Source: Candidatus Binatia bacterium
GTDB lineage: Bacteria; Desulfobacterota; Binatia; UBA9968
Direction: 5' to 3'
DNA length: 64,000 nucleotides
Assembly (NCBI GenBank): GCA_041483675.1
Contig: JBGPGE010000006.1
Coordinates: 8,978 to 72,977 of the forward strand
The translations under genes and the position numbers were made by a program. Every line of letters begins with the position of its first letter. Position 1 is the first letter of the stretch. This document shows, piece after piece, positions 17,679 through 26,344 of this stretch. The notes below the pieces were generated by a model, which had not been told where the DNA came from, did not search any database, and saw only the letters and a program-made list of their open reading frames with translations.

Positions 17679-18746
17679 GTGAATCTCAGTCTCTTGCTCG
17701 TCTTTATTATTCTGACACTCATCGCTGCTCCAACATTCGCCGCTGAGCCTCCCGGCGCGTCGAAGCAGGTCCTCGACGCGGCAAAAAAAGAAGGCGAAGT
17801 GAGCCTCTGGAGCAACTCCTTCGAGGAGCCCGAAAAGGTCTTGAAGCCATTTCACGCGATGTATCCTTATCTCAAGGTCAAGCTCTGGGACGGCCGGAGC
17901 GAAGAGATCATGAATCGCATCGTGAGCGAGGCCAAGGCGGGACGCCATTCCGTGGACGTGCTCCTTTTGAGCACGCGCGCCTTTCCCCTTCTCAAGAACG
18001 CGGGACTCCTCCAGGAATACGACTGGCCGGCGCACGTGAACAAGTGGCCGCACCAGCCCAAACACGCCCTCTGGCGCAATACCGCCGCCAGCATCAGAGT
18101 CCCGAGCTACAACGCAAAACTAGTTTCTCCCTCCGAAGTGCCGAAGTCCTGGGACGATCTCAAGAGTCCCAAATGGCTCGGCCGAGGCGCAATCAGCTCC
18201 TCGGGCGCCGACGCGCCCCTGCTCTTCGCCGACCTCTGGAAGAAAGAGAACGGTGAGATGAACTGGGACCGGGCGTTTCAATTCTGGCGCGACGTGATCC
18301 AAACCACGAAACCCAAGATCATCCGCGGCTTCACGGCCGGCTTCGAGTCACTCGCGTCGGGCGAGTTTTCCATTTTTCTTTTAAGCTCGGCCAACTCGGC
18401 CATCCAGTATGAGAACCTCGGCGCGCCGGTTAAAATGGCGCCGGTCGGTAAGACCGTGGGCAGCGCGTGGGGCATCGCCGTTCCCAAGACCATCCAACAT
18501 CCGAACGCGACCCGGCTGTTTGTCCAATGGATCCTCTCCACGGAAGGGCTGCTCCATTACGCCGACATTCAAGCGATCTCGATTCTCGACCCGGAGATCG
18601 GCAAGCGCGCAAGAGCCAACGTGCGGCTCAAGGAGCTGGGCATCGACTGGTACCCGATCGCGGACGAGTTTCGGACGGAAGAAGAGGTCAACAAAGCGAC
18701 GGTCTGGTGGTCGACGGAATTGGGATTGAGGCGGGGCGCTAAATGA
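17679..18746 (+). CDS. ABC transporter solute-binding protein, family 1 (PotD/AfuA-like)
   Basis: ORF 17628..18746. A GTG start at 17679 follows a GGAGG Shine-Dalgarno and gives a signal peptide (VNLSLLLVFIILTLIAAPTFAAEP). Confidence 0.6.
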   Translation: MNLSLLLVFIILTLIAAPTFAAEPPGASKQVLDAAKKEGEVSLWSNSFEEPEKVLKPFHAMYPYLKVKLWDGRSEEIMNRIVSEAKAGRHSVDVLLLSTRAFPLLKNAGLLQEYDWPAHVNKWPHQPKHALWRNTAASIRVPSYNAKLVSPSEVPKSWDDLKSPKWLGRGAISSSGADAPLLFADLWKKENGEMNWDRAFQFWRDVIQTTKPKIIRGFTAGFESLASGEFSIFLLSSANSAIQYENLGAPVKMAPVGKTVGSAWGIAVPKTIQHPNATRLFVQWILSTEGLLHYADIQAISILDPEIGKRARANVRLKELGIDWYPIADEFRTEEEVNKATVWWSTELGLRRGAK

Positions 18747-18822
18747 AGGAAAAACGAGGTCTCACGGCGCGAGTTTTCGGACCGCGGCCCTCTCCCTCGC
18801 GCCCTTCGGCCTCGCAAGAAAG

Positions 18823-18905
18823 CCGGCGCCCGGTCGAAGAGCCCGCGCATCCGATACTGCCGCTAGGATTAAGCAGCACCCTATTGCGCGGGCTCGGAGA
18901 GCGGG
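18823..18905 (+). repeat. 83-bp palindromic intergenic element, family A copy 3
   Basis: cggtcgaagagcccgcgcatccgatactgccgctaggattaagcagcaccctattgcgcgggctcggagagcgggtggcggc, located between the SBP and permease genes. Confidence 0.7.
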
Positions 18906-18959
18906 TGGCGGCTTTCGTTATCGAGGCGCACTAAACATTTTTTTTCGGCAACCGCCCAC

Positions 18960-20708
18960 GTGTCCATCACTATGACCAGCCGGCAGCGAATCGCTCGCAT
19001 CGATCATCCGACGGTCGTCCTTGTCCTGGTCACCGCTTTCGTGGGAGTGCTGGCGATCGTTCCGCTTTTTTATCTCGTCTGGAGCAGCTTCAAACCGATC
19101 GCCGTAGGCAATCTCGCCGATTTCAGCCTGGACAATTTCACGCTGGAAAACTTTTTGCGCGCCTATTCCGACCCGCTCATTCTCACCATGCTCGGCAATA
19201 GTTTTATCTTCGCCATCGGTTCCATGCTGGTCGCGATCTTTTTCGGCGGCGTCATCGCCTTTCTGGTGGAGCGAACCGACGCGCCCATGAGAAATTTCAC
19301 GTACGGATTCATGTTCATCCCGCTCATTATGCCCGGCCTACTCAAAGCGATCGGCTGGGTGTTGCTGTTGAGCCCCAACAACGGCCTCTTGAACAAGATC
19401 TGGCTTTCTTTGGGTTTCAAAGAGCCGCTCTTCGATCCTTCTTCCCTGCCCGCGATGTTCTGGGTCGAAGGGCTGTCGATGGCGCCGCTGACCTTCCTGA
19501 TGCTCGGCGCCGCTTTCCGTGGAATGGACCCGTCCCTCGAAGAGGCCGCGCTCACCTCGGGCGCGGGAAAATTCATGACGTTCTGGAGGGTCACGCTTCG
19601 ATTGATGAGCCCGGCGCTCGCCGGCATCGGGCTGCTCCAGTTGATCCGCGGGCTCGAATCCTTCGACGTCCCCATCGCCATGGGATCGGGCAAAGGCATT
19701 CAAGTCTTCAGCACCAACATCTATGTTTCCGTGAGAGAGATCTCGCCGCCCGACTACGGCACGGCTTTTACGCTCAGCCTGGTGCTTGTCGTCCTCGCGG
19801 TCCTCGGCGTCGCCGTCTACCACCGCGTGATGGGCAGATCGGAAAGATACGCGACGGTTACGGGAAAAGGTTTTCGCCCGAGACTGATCCCTTTGGGAAA
19901 GTGGCGCTGGGCCGCGACCGGATTCATCCTCTTTTTTCTCTTCGCATCGACGATCCTGCCGTTTTTGGTCCTGCTCTGGGTTTCCTTCCTGCCCTTTTAT
20001 CAGTTGCCTTCGTGGGAGGTCCTCGGCCGGCTCAACCTCGACAGCTACCGCGACCTGTTCGCGCGCGACCAATTTTATCTGAGCCTCAAGAATACCTTGA
20101 TCGTCAGCACGGTGGTGAGCATCGGCTCGATGCTCCTCGCCACGCTCATCTCGTGGATCGTGATCCGGCTGAAACCCAGAGGCGGCAAGCTTCTCGACAC
20201 GCTGTCCTTTATGCCCTACACGGTGCCGGGCATCGCCATGGGATTTGCATTCATGGTGGTCTTTTTGAGTTTCCCCAACCCGATCTACGGGACGCTCTGG
20301 ATCCTCATTCTCGCCTACCTCACGAATTTCCTGCCGATTGCCACCCGCTTCACGCACGCGGCGATCGCGCAGATCCGCGCCGAGCTCGAAGAGGCCGCCA
20401 CCACCGCGGGCGCCGGGCCGTTCACCGTCATACGCCGCATCGTCGTCCCGCTCATCCTTCCATCGCTCGTCGCCGGCTCGCTCTACATATTTTTGCTCTC
20501 GGCCAAGATCGTCTCCGCGGCGGCCATTCTGTGGCAGCCCGACTCGGTCATCATGCCGGTCTATCTCTTGCAGCTCTGGGTGGACGGCCGGCTGCCGCTG
20601 GTCGGCGCGCTGTCCGTCGTGATGATCGGCGGGCTTACGGTCCTGACGATCGTCGCCCGGACTCTGGCCCAGCGGCGCACTATCGTCGCGGAGGTATCGA
20701 CCCCATGA
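18960..20708 (+). CDS. ABC transporter permease, fused two-domain type (FbpB/ThiP-like, 2x BPD_transp_1)
   Basis: 582 aa, about 12 TM segments, two internal repeats of the ABC permease fold. Confidence 0.7.
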   Translation: MSITMTSRQRIARIDHPTVVLVLVTAFVGVLAIVPLFYLVWSSFKPIAVGNLADFSLDNFTLENFLRAYSDPLILTMLGNSFIFAIGSMLVAIFFGGVIAFLVERTDAPMRNFTYGFMFIPLIMPGLLKAIGWVLLLSPNNGLLNKIWLSLGFKEPLFDPSSLPAMFWVEGLSMAPLTFLMLGAAFRGMDPSLEEAALTSGAGKFMTFWRVTLRLMSPALAGIGLLQLIRGLESFDVPIAMGSGKGIQVFSTNIYVSVREISPPDYGTAFTLSLVLVVLAVLGVAVYHRVMGRSERYATVTGKGFRPRLIPLGKWRWAATGFILFFLFASTILPFLVLLWVSFLPFYQLPSWEVLGRLNLDSYRDLFARDQFYLSLKNTLIVSTVVSIGSMLLATLISWIVIRLKPRGGKLLDTLSFMPYTVPGIAMGFAFMVVFLSFPNPIYGTLWILILAYLTNFLPIATRFTHAAIAQIRAELEEAATTAGAGPFTVIRRIVVPLILPSLVAGSLYIFLLSAKIVSAAAILWQPDSVIMPVYLLQLWVDGRLPLVGALSVVMIGGLTVLTIVARTLAQRRTIVAEVSTP

Positions 20709-20803
20709 TCGTCGACTGTCACGCGCACGCCATTCCGCCGGAAGCGGTCGACCTGCTCGATCAAACCGGCGTCAGCGGCCTTTCCGCTCCCACCGCTTCA
20801 TGA
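20706..20803 (+). pseudogene. amidohydrolase-family gene remnant (N-terminal 32 codons only)
   Basis: MIVDCHAHAIPPEAVDLLDQTGVS... is a typical N-terminus of a metal-dependent TIM-barrel amidohydrolase (DxHxH). It is followed by a stop after 32 codons and then by a convergent aldolase gene. Confidence 0.45.
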
Positions 20804-21497
20804 TGCCGCCGTTTTCCAGCTCCCACCGCCAGGTGCGCCAGAGAAATCTGTACGAGTCGTCGGAGAGTGAGAGGTAAGTGGAGTCCGGCTGCCACAGAGC
20901 GAGATCTTTGCCGGCGAGAAGGTGCGCGTAGGCGGCCATTTCCAGGTAGTACATCATCACCACCGCCTGGGCGACATTTTTACCGACCGTCACCGCGCCG
21001 TGGTTTCTTAAAATCACCGCCTTCCCCTGGCCGAGAGTTTGCGCGACCTCCCGTCCGTCGCTTTCGCTATAGATCAGGTTGCTGCGAAAAGTCGGGACTC
21101 CGTCGCCAAAGGGGATGGACGGAGGATGGAAAGTATGGAGTTTTCTCCCGGTCGCGGACAGGGTAACGGCGTGAAACGGATGGGCGTGGACCACGCCGCC
21201 GACGTCCGGCCGCGCCTTATAGATCTCCGTGTGAATGAAAGTCTCGCCCGACACATGCTGCGTTCCCTTCACGCGCCGGCAGGAAAAATCCAACTCCATG
21301 ATTTCGTCGACGTCCAACGGCTCGGGCGCGATGCGCATGCGGACAAACAGCAGCCCTTCGCGCTTCGCCTCCGGCGGCAGCCGCCCGCTCACATGGCCGT
21401 AGATATCCTCAAGCTCCCGGAGCAGCACCCGCGCGCCGAACAGCACGTCGTCCGCCAGCCGGTCGATTGATCGGCTCTTGTTAGCTTTCTTGGCCAT
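20772..21497 (-). CDS. class II aldolase/adducin family protein
   Basis: 241 aa, with a metal-binding His cluster (HVSGETFIHTEIY...VVHAHP) typical of FucA/AraD-like aldolases. Confidence 0.65.
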   Translation of the reverse strand: MAKKANKSRSIDRLADDVLFGARVLLRELEDIYGHVSGRLPPEAKREGLLFVRMRIAPEPLDVDEIMELDFSCRRVKGTQHVSGETFIHTEIYKARPDVGGVVHAHPFHAVTLSATGRKLHTFHPPSIPFGDGVPTFRSNLIYSESDGREVAQTLGQGKAVILRNHGAVTVGKNVAQAVVMMYYLEMAAYAHLLAGKDLALWQPDSTYLSLSDDSYRFLWRTWRWELENGGIMKRWERKGR

Positions 21498-21516
21498 GGT
21501 CGGCTAATCCTATGGG

Positions 21517-21960
21517 CTATAGAATAGAGACGCTGCCGCCCCTGGTAACCTTTGCGATGAACGGCCCGGGACGGTTCTTCAGAAGGCGCTTCATTTTTGG
21601 GAGGGCTTTCACGTAGGCCTCCGCCATTTCGCTACCTCGAAGCTGAGCGGACGCCAAGACGAATGCTCGCACGCCCGCGTTCCGTAGGGCTTGCTGTTCG
21701 GTCGCTCGATACCGGATGCGGTCGTCTTTCGTCAGGACTATCCACCCTTTTCGCCCAACTTCGATGAGCCACTCCGCATCCTTGGCGTCCGGAAGAAAAT
21801 GATCGTCATGGATTTCGACTGTCTCGCCGGCATTTCGGAGGGCCTGGGCAACCACGTTCTTGCCCAGTGACCGGTCGAGGAAGAAGATGATTGGTTCAGG
21901 CGGCTTCGAGCCAGAGCTCGCAGCGGATGGCCTCCTCGATCTCGCCCCGGCCTCGCCCAT
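21517..21960 (-). CDS. DUF5615-like (PIN-like) putative toxin partner of the DUF433 protein
   Basis: 147-aa ORF with conserved core IIFFLDRSLGKNVV...IHDDHF. The start is uncertain: the listed ATG overlaps the upstream gene by 65 nt. Confidence 0.4.
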   Translation of the reverse strand: MGEAGARSRRPSAASSGSKPPEPIIFFLDRSLGKNVVAQALRNAGETVEIHDDHFLPDAKDAEWLIEVGRKGWIVLTKDDRIRYRATEQQALRNAGVRAFVLASAQLRGSEMAEAYVKALPKMKRLLKNRPGPFIAKVTRGGSVSIL

Positions 21961-22648
21961 AATCCCCCGCTAGTTCATCAATCGACTCCCCGGCTTTGTA
22001 GCGCTCCGCTATAACCGCCGTAGGAATGCCGGTTCCTACCAGCACAGGCCGGCCAAAGGAAATCTGCGGATCGATAACCACAACCCTCGGCTCCTGGGCA
22101 TCGCGTTTTCTGGTAAAGGGAAACAGCCTTACCGCGTGGCCGGCGGGATCGTGTTCGACGCGTTTGAGGTGAGCTTGAAGCAATTTTTTGATCGCGAGCT
22201 GACCCTCTCGGGAAACGTTGATCAGCTGGCCGTATTTCTCGATGAACAGATCGAGACCGTCGGTTTCGAACCGATGCTCCGCCAGAGGATGTTCCGAGCC
22301 AAACTCTGCTTTGATGTAGTTGAGAGCTGTCCTTACTTTGGCGAGGGGGATTTCGTGAATCCGCCGGAGAGCATCGAGCACATGGACTTCGACCAGATTA
22401 ACGAACGAAAGCAGACGATGGTCCGTATCGGGGAGATCGACGATCGGTTTAAAGAATCTTCGACCGGCCTCGGTCTGATAATAACGGCCGACCGCCCAGG
22501 ATCGAAGGGTCGCGCGAGGTATGAGGAGATAGTGCGAAGCTTCCGTAACGCTGAAGGCGGGTAATTCTCTTACGTCCTGATTTTTTTCGAACTTACAGCC
22601 TCGGTTCTGCACTGAAGGGACTATGCCCCAAGGGGTAGAGATAGTCAA
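21896..22648 (-). CDS. DUF433 domain protein with long N-terminal extension
   Basis: The C-terminal 60 aa (ISFGRPVLVGTGIPTAVIAERYKAGESIDELAGDYG...) match the DUF433 antitoxin-like domain. The N-terminal 170 aa are unassigned. Confidence 0.45.
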   Translation of the reverse strand: MTISTPWGIVPSVQNRGCKFEKNQDVRELPAFSVTEASHYLLIPRATLRSWAVGRYYQTEAGRRFFKPIVDLPDTDHRLLSFVNLVEVHVLDALRRIHEIPLAKVRTALNYIKAEFGSEHPLAEHRFETDGLDLFIEKYGQLINVSREGQLAIKKLLQAHLKRVEHDPAGHAVRLFPFTRKRDAQEPRVVVIDPQISFGRPVLVGTGIPTAVIAERYKAGESIDELAGDYGRGRGEIEEAIRCELWLEAA

Positions 22649-22782
22649 GTTTGGCGGAAATCTCGGCCGTCTCGAGAAGAATCAACAAAATCCGAAACCA
22701 GCCGAAAAAAACCAGTAATTCCAGGGATGGCCCTTTCGCTTTGTTGGAGAGGGTAGGCCCTGATCGATAGCGTGTCACGGAC

Positions 22783-22800
22783 AAAAGACGGACAGCCGTC
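22783..22800 (-). terminator. weak hairpin plus T-run downstream of the HerA-like gene
   Basis: Minus-strand sequence gacggctgtccgtcttttgt immediately after the stop. Confidence 0.25.
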
Positions 22801-22806
22801 AAAGTT

Positions 22807-24264
22807 CTAGTTCATTCTTCTTCTTCCGGTACGAATAATAGCGGGGGGTCCAAGATCGCCGTATATCAGAGCCTCATGCCGACGAAATGTCGCGGCTCTT
22901 GATATTAATTCTGCGGATACGTCCAGCGTGCTTTTCGATAGCGAGAGCAAATCATCTTGGTTCTGTAACTTGAGAACGAAAAAGTTTCTGCAATTATCCA
23001 AGGCATTAGGATGAATTTTAGCGGGTCGCTGTGACACGAGGATTAAATGGAGTCCGTATTTCCGTCCTTCGCCAGAAATGCGATTGACCCATTCCAGAGT
23101 TCTCTTCTGCCACGGTTCCTCTGGTATTGCGGGAGCAAGGTTGTGAGCCTCATCAATTATGACAAAGGTCGGATTTTTTGTCTTTTCATTACGTTCCCAT
23201 AACTTTCTTAGGACCCCCTCCGCTAAGATTGCCCTATGGGAAAACTGTAATCTTCCCAGGTTATATTCGATTAACCGAGATGGGTCAGATTTTTCCAGAA
23301 GGTCAAGCGAGTCGGTCTCCTCAGACGACCAAATCGGGGCATCTTTCATTCGTTTAAAAAAATCGCGCAAAATAGTCAGACCCTTGAGTTCTTCGTCTTG
23401 CAAGAGATACCTGTAACCAGCAGGAATTCCTTCATTACGCTGAATCGCATCTCGTGTTTTCTCTTCGCATGTTGCGGGAGAGATGGGCTTATCCTTCGGC
23501 AAATTTTTACAAAAATGGTCAAAAAGCGATTCGACCTTAAAGTGATACGGTATACTCTCCAGCTGCAATAGATCAGGAGAGGAAAATCTCTGCATTTTGA
23601 TTTGGGGCAAAGGGATCAGGTCCATTGAAATACTTTTGAGCGCTTTCTGCTGCTGTCTTAAAACCTCATCCGTGATGTTTTCGCATGCGTTATCCTTTGA
23701 ATTTACATCCGTTTCGAGCCTCGCTTGGTCGAAGGTCGCAAAATCTGAATTGAGATCTAGGATAACGATTTGTGTATCCGGACAGTTTAAAAGAATCTCC
23801 TCGAGTAACAAACCGAGTAATGTTGTCTTACCAGAACCTGAGCTGCCGAGCATGCATGAATGGGTTCCTAGAAGGTTCTCCCCATTGAGAACGACTGATA
23901 CGTGGCCATCTATCCCTGAAAGCTCCCCTACATTAAGGGAGACCTTTGATTGAGTACTGAACAGCTTAGCTAACGATGCACCGGGATCTGGAATGAATAC
24001 GGTCGCACCGACCAGTTCGTAAGCAACACCCGAACTAAGGATTTTGCAATGGTATTCGTACTGCGCGTAGCGTTGTACTCCAGAGGAAGGAGACAGCTCC
24101 TTGCCGGTAAATTCTTCTATTATTGCGGGGATACGGTGATCTGTCTTTTTCGGCACAACTTCAACGTAGTTCCCTGGAATCAGTGTATGCCCCGCTGACT
24201 TTATAAAAGTAAATCGCTCGGGGCTGATTTGTTTTACGACTCTGCCAACCGCGGGTAGTGCCAT
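22807..24264 (-). CDS. HerA-like / DUF87 (FtsK-HerA superfamily) ATPase
   Basis: 485 aa with an N-terminal HAS-barrel-like region, Walker A GSSGSGKTT, Walker B/DEAH-like VIIDEAHNLAP, and the LILVSQRP motif. It lies in a low-GC (about 45-50%) island. Confidence 0.7.
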   Translation of the reverse strand: MALPAVGRVVKQISPERFTFIKSAGHTLIPGNYVEVVPKKTDHRIPAIIEEFTGKELSPSSGVQRYAQYEYHCKILSSGVAYELVGATVFIPDPGASLAKLFSTQSKVSLNVGELSGIDGHVSVVLNGENLLGTHSCMLGSSGSGKTTLLGLLLEEILLNCPDTQIVILDLNSDFATFDQARLETDVNSKDNACENITDEVLRQQQKALKSISMDLIPLPQIKMQRFSSPDLLQLESIPYHFKVESLFDHFCKNLPKDKPISPATCEEKTRDAIQRNEGIPAGYRYLLQDEELKGLTILRDFFKRMKDAPIWSSEETDSLDLLEKSDPSRLIEYNLGRLQFSHRAILAEGVLRKLWERNEKTKNPTFVIIDEAHNLAPAIPEEPWQKRTLEWVNRISGEGRKYGLHLILVSQRPAKIHPNALDNCRNFFVLKLQNQDDLLSLSKSTLDVSAELISRAATFRRHEALIYGDLGPPAIIRTGRRRMN

Positions 24265-24661
24265 TTGTCTCCCTTAGCACAACGGCAAAAGAATAACACA
24301 GTAGTTGGCTTAACGGAAAAACTTCAGTCCCAATATTTGATTTGTAATCAAGAAGTCCCCTTGAATGCTACGAAACAAAAAAGCTTTTCCCCCTCTGTCC
24401 GTGAATTGTCCGTGGGAGTCCTTGAGGACGAACGGGAGCACCGGGACAGCGAGGGGGAGCGACCCGGCGAAGATGGGGGGGGGTTAGTCCGAGGTGAGGA
24501 TTCGGGTTGCCAGGGCACCCGCGAATCGGCCAGGCGACCAGAGCATAGCGGGGCATGATCTCGTGCGTGCGCTGTGATAAAAGTTGAATGGCCACGGGAA
24601 CCCAGTGACTAAGGGACCGTGGATGGTGGTATAGAAAACCTGTGCTGAAAGGAGACCTGTC

Positions 24662-25105
24662 ATGAACCTTGAACGAGGGTTTCGGCGCATCGTATTGACT
24701 ATCTCTTTCACGGCTGCTAGCGCGGGTCTTGTAGTCACGGCCTACGATATCTACAAGTACATTGAGTACGTGTCTGGAATAAAAAAATGGGTCGCGTGCG
24801 TCGAAGAAATTCACTCGCGGACCCCTACCGAGGAAGAGTTCTGGACTAAGTTCGGTCGTAAGGGCCCTTCCGACTGCGAGCACTTCTCGACAGATAGGCC
24901 AACGCCCTTCTTCCCCGTTATGACGCACTGGACCACGACCTTCTATAGTTATGATAGTGTAGCCGGCTTCTCGATTACACTACCATCATACACCCCCACC
25001 CTGGTCCTTTTCATATGGGGCGTCCTTGTGAGTACAGGGCTTGGCGCGATCCCCTGGGGAGTGTTTTACCTAGCGCGATGGATCGTCCACGGCTTCAAGG
25101 TTTGA
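24662..25105 (+). CDS. small membrane protein (about 3 TM), hypothetical
   Basis: 147 aa, with an AGGAGA Shine-Dalgarno 6 nt upstream. Hydrophobic segments at residues 9-28 and 108-140. Low-GC codon usage matches the island. Confidence 0.45.
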   Translation: MNLERGFRRIVLTISFTAASAGLVVTAYDIYKYIEYVSGIKKWVACVEEIHSRTPTEEEFWTKFGRKGPSDCEHFSTDRPTPFFPVMTHWTTTFYSYDSVAGFSITLPSYTPTLVLFIWGVLVSTGLGAIPWGVFYLARWIVHGFKV

Positions 25106-25120
25106 AAAAGGGTGAGAACC

Positions 25121-25309
25121 ATGAGGAAAGGGTGTTATCTGACGGTTTTGCTGGCATGGGTGCCAAAGCTGAGCCACGCCCTGCGCGGCGGCCTCAAGCC
25201 GATGGTTAGGCCTTACAGTCATCTCGATACGGAAAATCCCACGCAGCCAACGGAGCTGCTCAGGGGTACGGCGTACCGGTTTGCCACTTGGTCTCCAGGT
25301 CGGCAATGA
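25121..25309 (+). CDS. small hypothetical protein with hydrophobic N-terminus
   Basis: 62 codons directly downstream of the membrane protein (MRKGCYLTVLLAWVPKLSHA...). An alternative GTG start lies at 25112. The gene overlaps the 3' end of the convergent 25260..26006 gene. Confidence 0.25.
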   Translation: MRKGCYLTVLLAWVPKLSHALRGGLKPMVRPYSHLDTENPTQPTELLRGTAYRFATWSPGRQ

Positions 25310-26006
25310 TCGCCGCCTTGTCGACGATTTCAATGCAATTGAAGGGCTTCTTGCCTGCGTCCTTGAGCGAACCACCTACCAGCCAGCACCGATCGTTGAA
25401 GATTAGATGCCGATCATGAAGAGACGGAGCACGTCTGACTCGAAGCTGATGTCCCTCAGCGGTGAACGCGGCGATGGCACGGTCGAAGTCCGGCTCCACG
25501 GAATTCTGGTACGTTCCAGTTAGCAGCATGACAGGGATTGTGAGGCTGCGGAGGCAATCAAGGGTTCCCACTCCAACGTATGGATCGACGATGAAGACTG
25601 CTCCAGTGGCAGTCTCGAGGAGTTCTCGGACCTTCGATTTCGCCGAAAATACGTTGCCTGCGGCCACCGTGATATCACTAGGCGCGGCGGTTGTTTCAAA
25701 AAACTTCTGTGCCTCGCAAATGACAGCAGTCATTTTACAATGAAACTCTTGTCGCTCCCAGGACGTGTGCGCAATACCATCGGTGTTACGGCTTTCGGCG
25801 AGATCCAGCAGGCTGTCCAGCAGCCGCCGTGAGTTTCCGTGTTCGAGCTTGGTTGTCAGTTCTCGCGCTACGGACAACCACTTTGGCTCAGAGTCGTTAA
25901 TGGTTTCGAGGTCCACATCGAACAGAGTCACCAACTCGCGAAACTCGTCGATCGTGAAGTAACCTTCGAATATGGAAACGAGTTTGAGCGCCAGTTCTGG
26001 AAACAT
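25260..26006 (-). CDS. hypothetical protein with PLD-nuclease-like C-terminal domain carrying a non-canonical HxR...D...GS motif
   Basis: 248 aa. The C-terminal region (VFIVDPYVG...LTIPVMLLTGTY...SLHDRHLIFNDRCWLVGGSLK) resembles the PLD/Nuc family strand-motif pattern (HxKx4Dx6GSxN), but with K->R and N->K substitutions. The N-terminal 75 aa are helical. Confidence 0.35.
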   Translation of the reverse strand: MFPELALKLVSIFEGYFTIDEFRELVTLFDVDLETINDSEPKWLSVARELTTKLEHGNSRRLLDSLLDLAESRNTDGIAHTSWERQEFHCKMTAVICEAQKFFETTAAPSDITVAAGNVFSAKSKVRELLETATGAVFIVDPYVGVGTLDCLRSLTIPVMLLTGTYQNSVEPDFDRAIAAFTAEGHQLRVRRAPSLHDRHLIFNDRCWLVGGSLKDAGKKPFNCIEIVDKAAIIADLETKWQTGTPYP

Positions 26007-26102
26007 AGCGAGCGACCATCAGTATCCGTATAGATGAACTTGCAACATGTCGAAGGCCTTTCTCAGGTCTCTACAGTAGCCCTCCACTACGAAACGATAA
26101 TG

Positions 26103-26175
26103 ACCGTTCAAGTCGACCGCATGTACGCATTCTCCATTGCTCCAATGTCGAATGCTCTAATGCTCTCAAATTTCT
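26103..26175 (+). repeat. imperfect direct repeat (copy 1) related to the sequence flanking the 3' side of tRNA-Ala
   Basis: gaccgcatgtacgcattctccattgctccaatgtcgaatgctctaatgctctcaaatttctgcatggcaaa, about 75% identical with indels to 27590..27665. Confidence 0.4.
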
Positions 26176-26344
26176 GCATGGCAAATTACGATTGTGAAAA
26201 AGCTGGAGCATCAGCGCAGTAGAACATCTGACCGCATTGTCGCATCCGCCCAAGGTTCCGTTGTGACCATGTTCCGTCCTTTGATGACCCGGGACCGTTC
26301 ATGCCAGGGGGCTTCGAGGATTTTGCCGTCAACGGCTCGCCGCG

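Noticed and set aside
19338-20357. 339-aa ORF antisense to the ABC permease
   Set aside because: Highly charged R/E/D-rich frame opposite a clear 12-TM permease.
24368-24928. 186-aa minus-strand ORF upstream of the HerA-like gene, considered as a possible partner gene
   Set aside because: R/P-rich, no Shine-Dalgarno, overlaps the well-supported plus-strand membrane-protein gene. Its GC skew is inconsistent with the island's codon usage.
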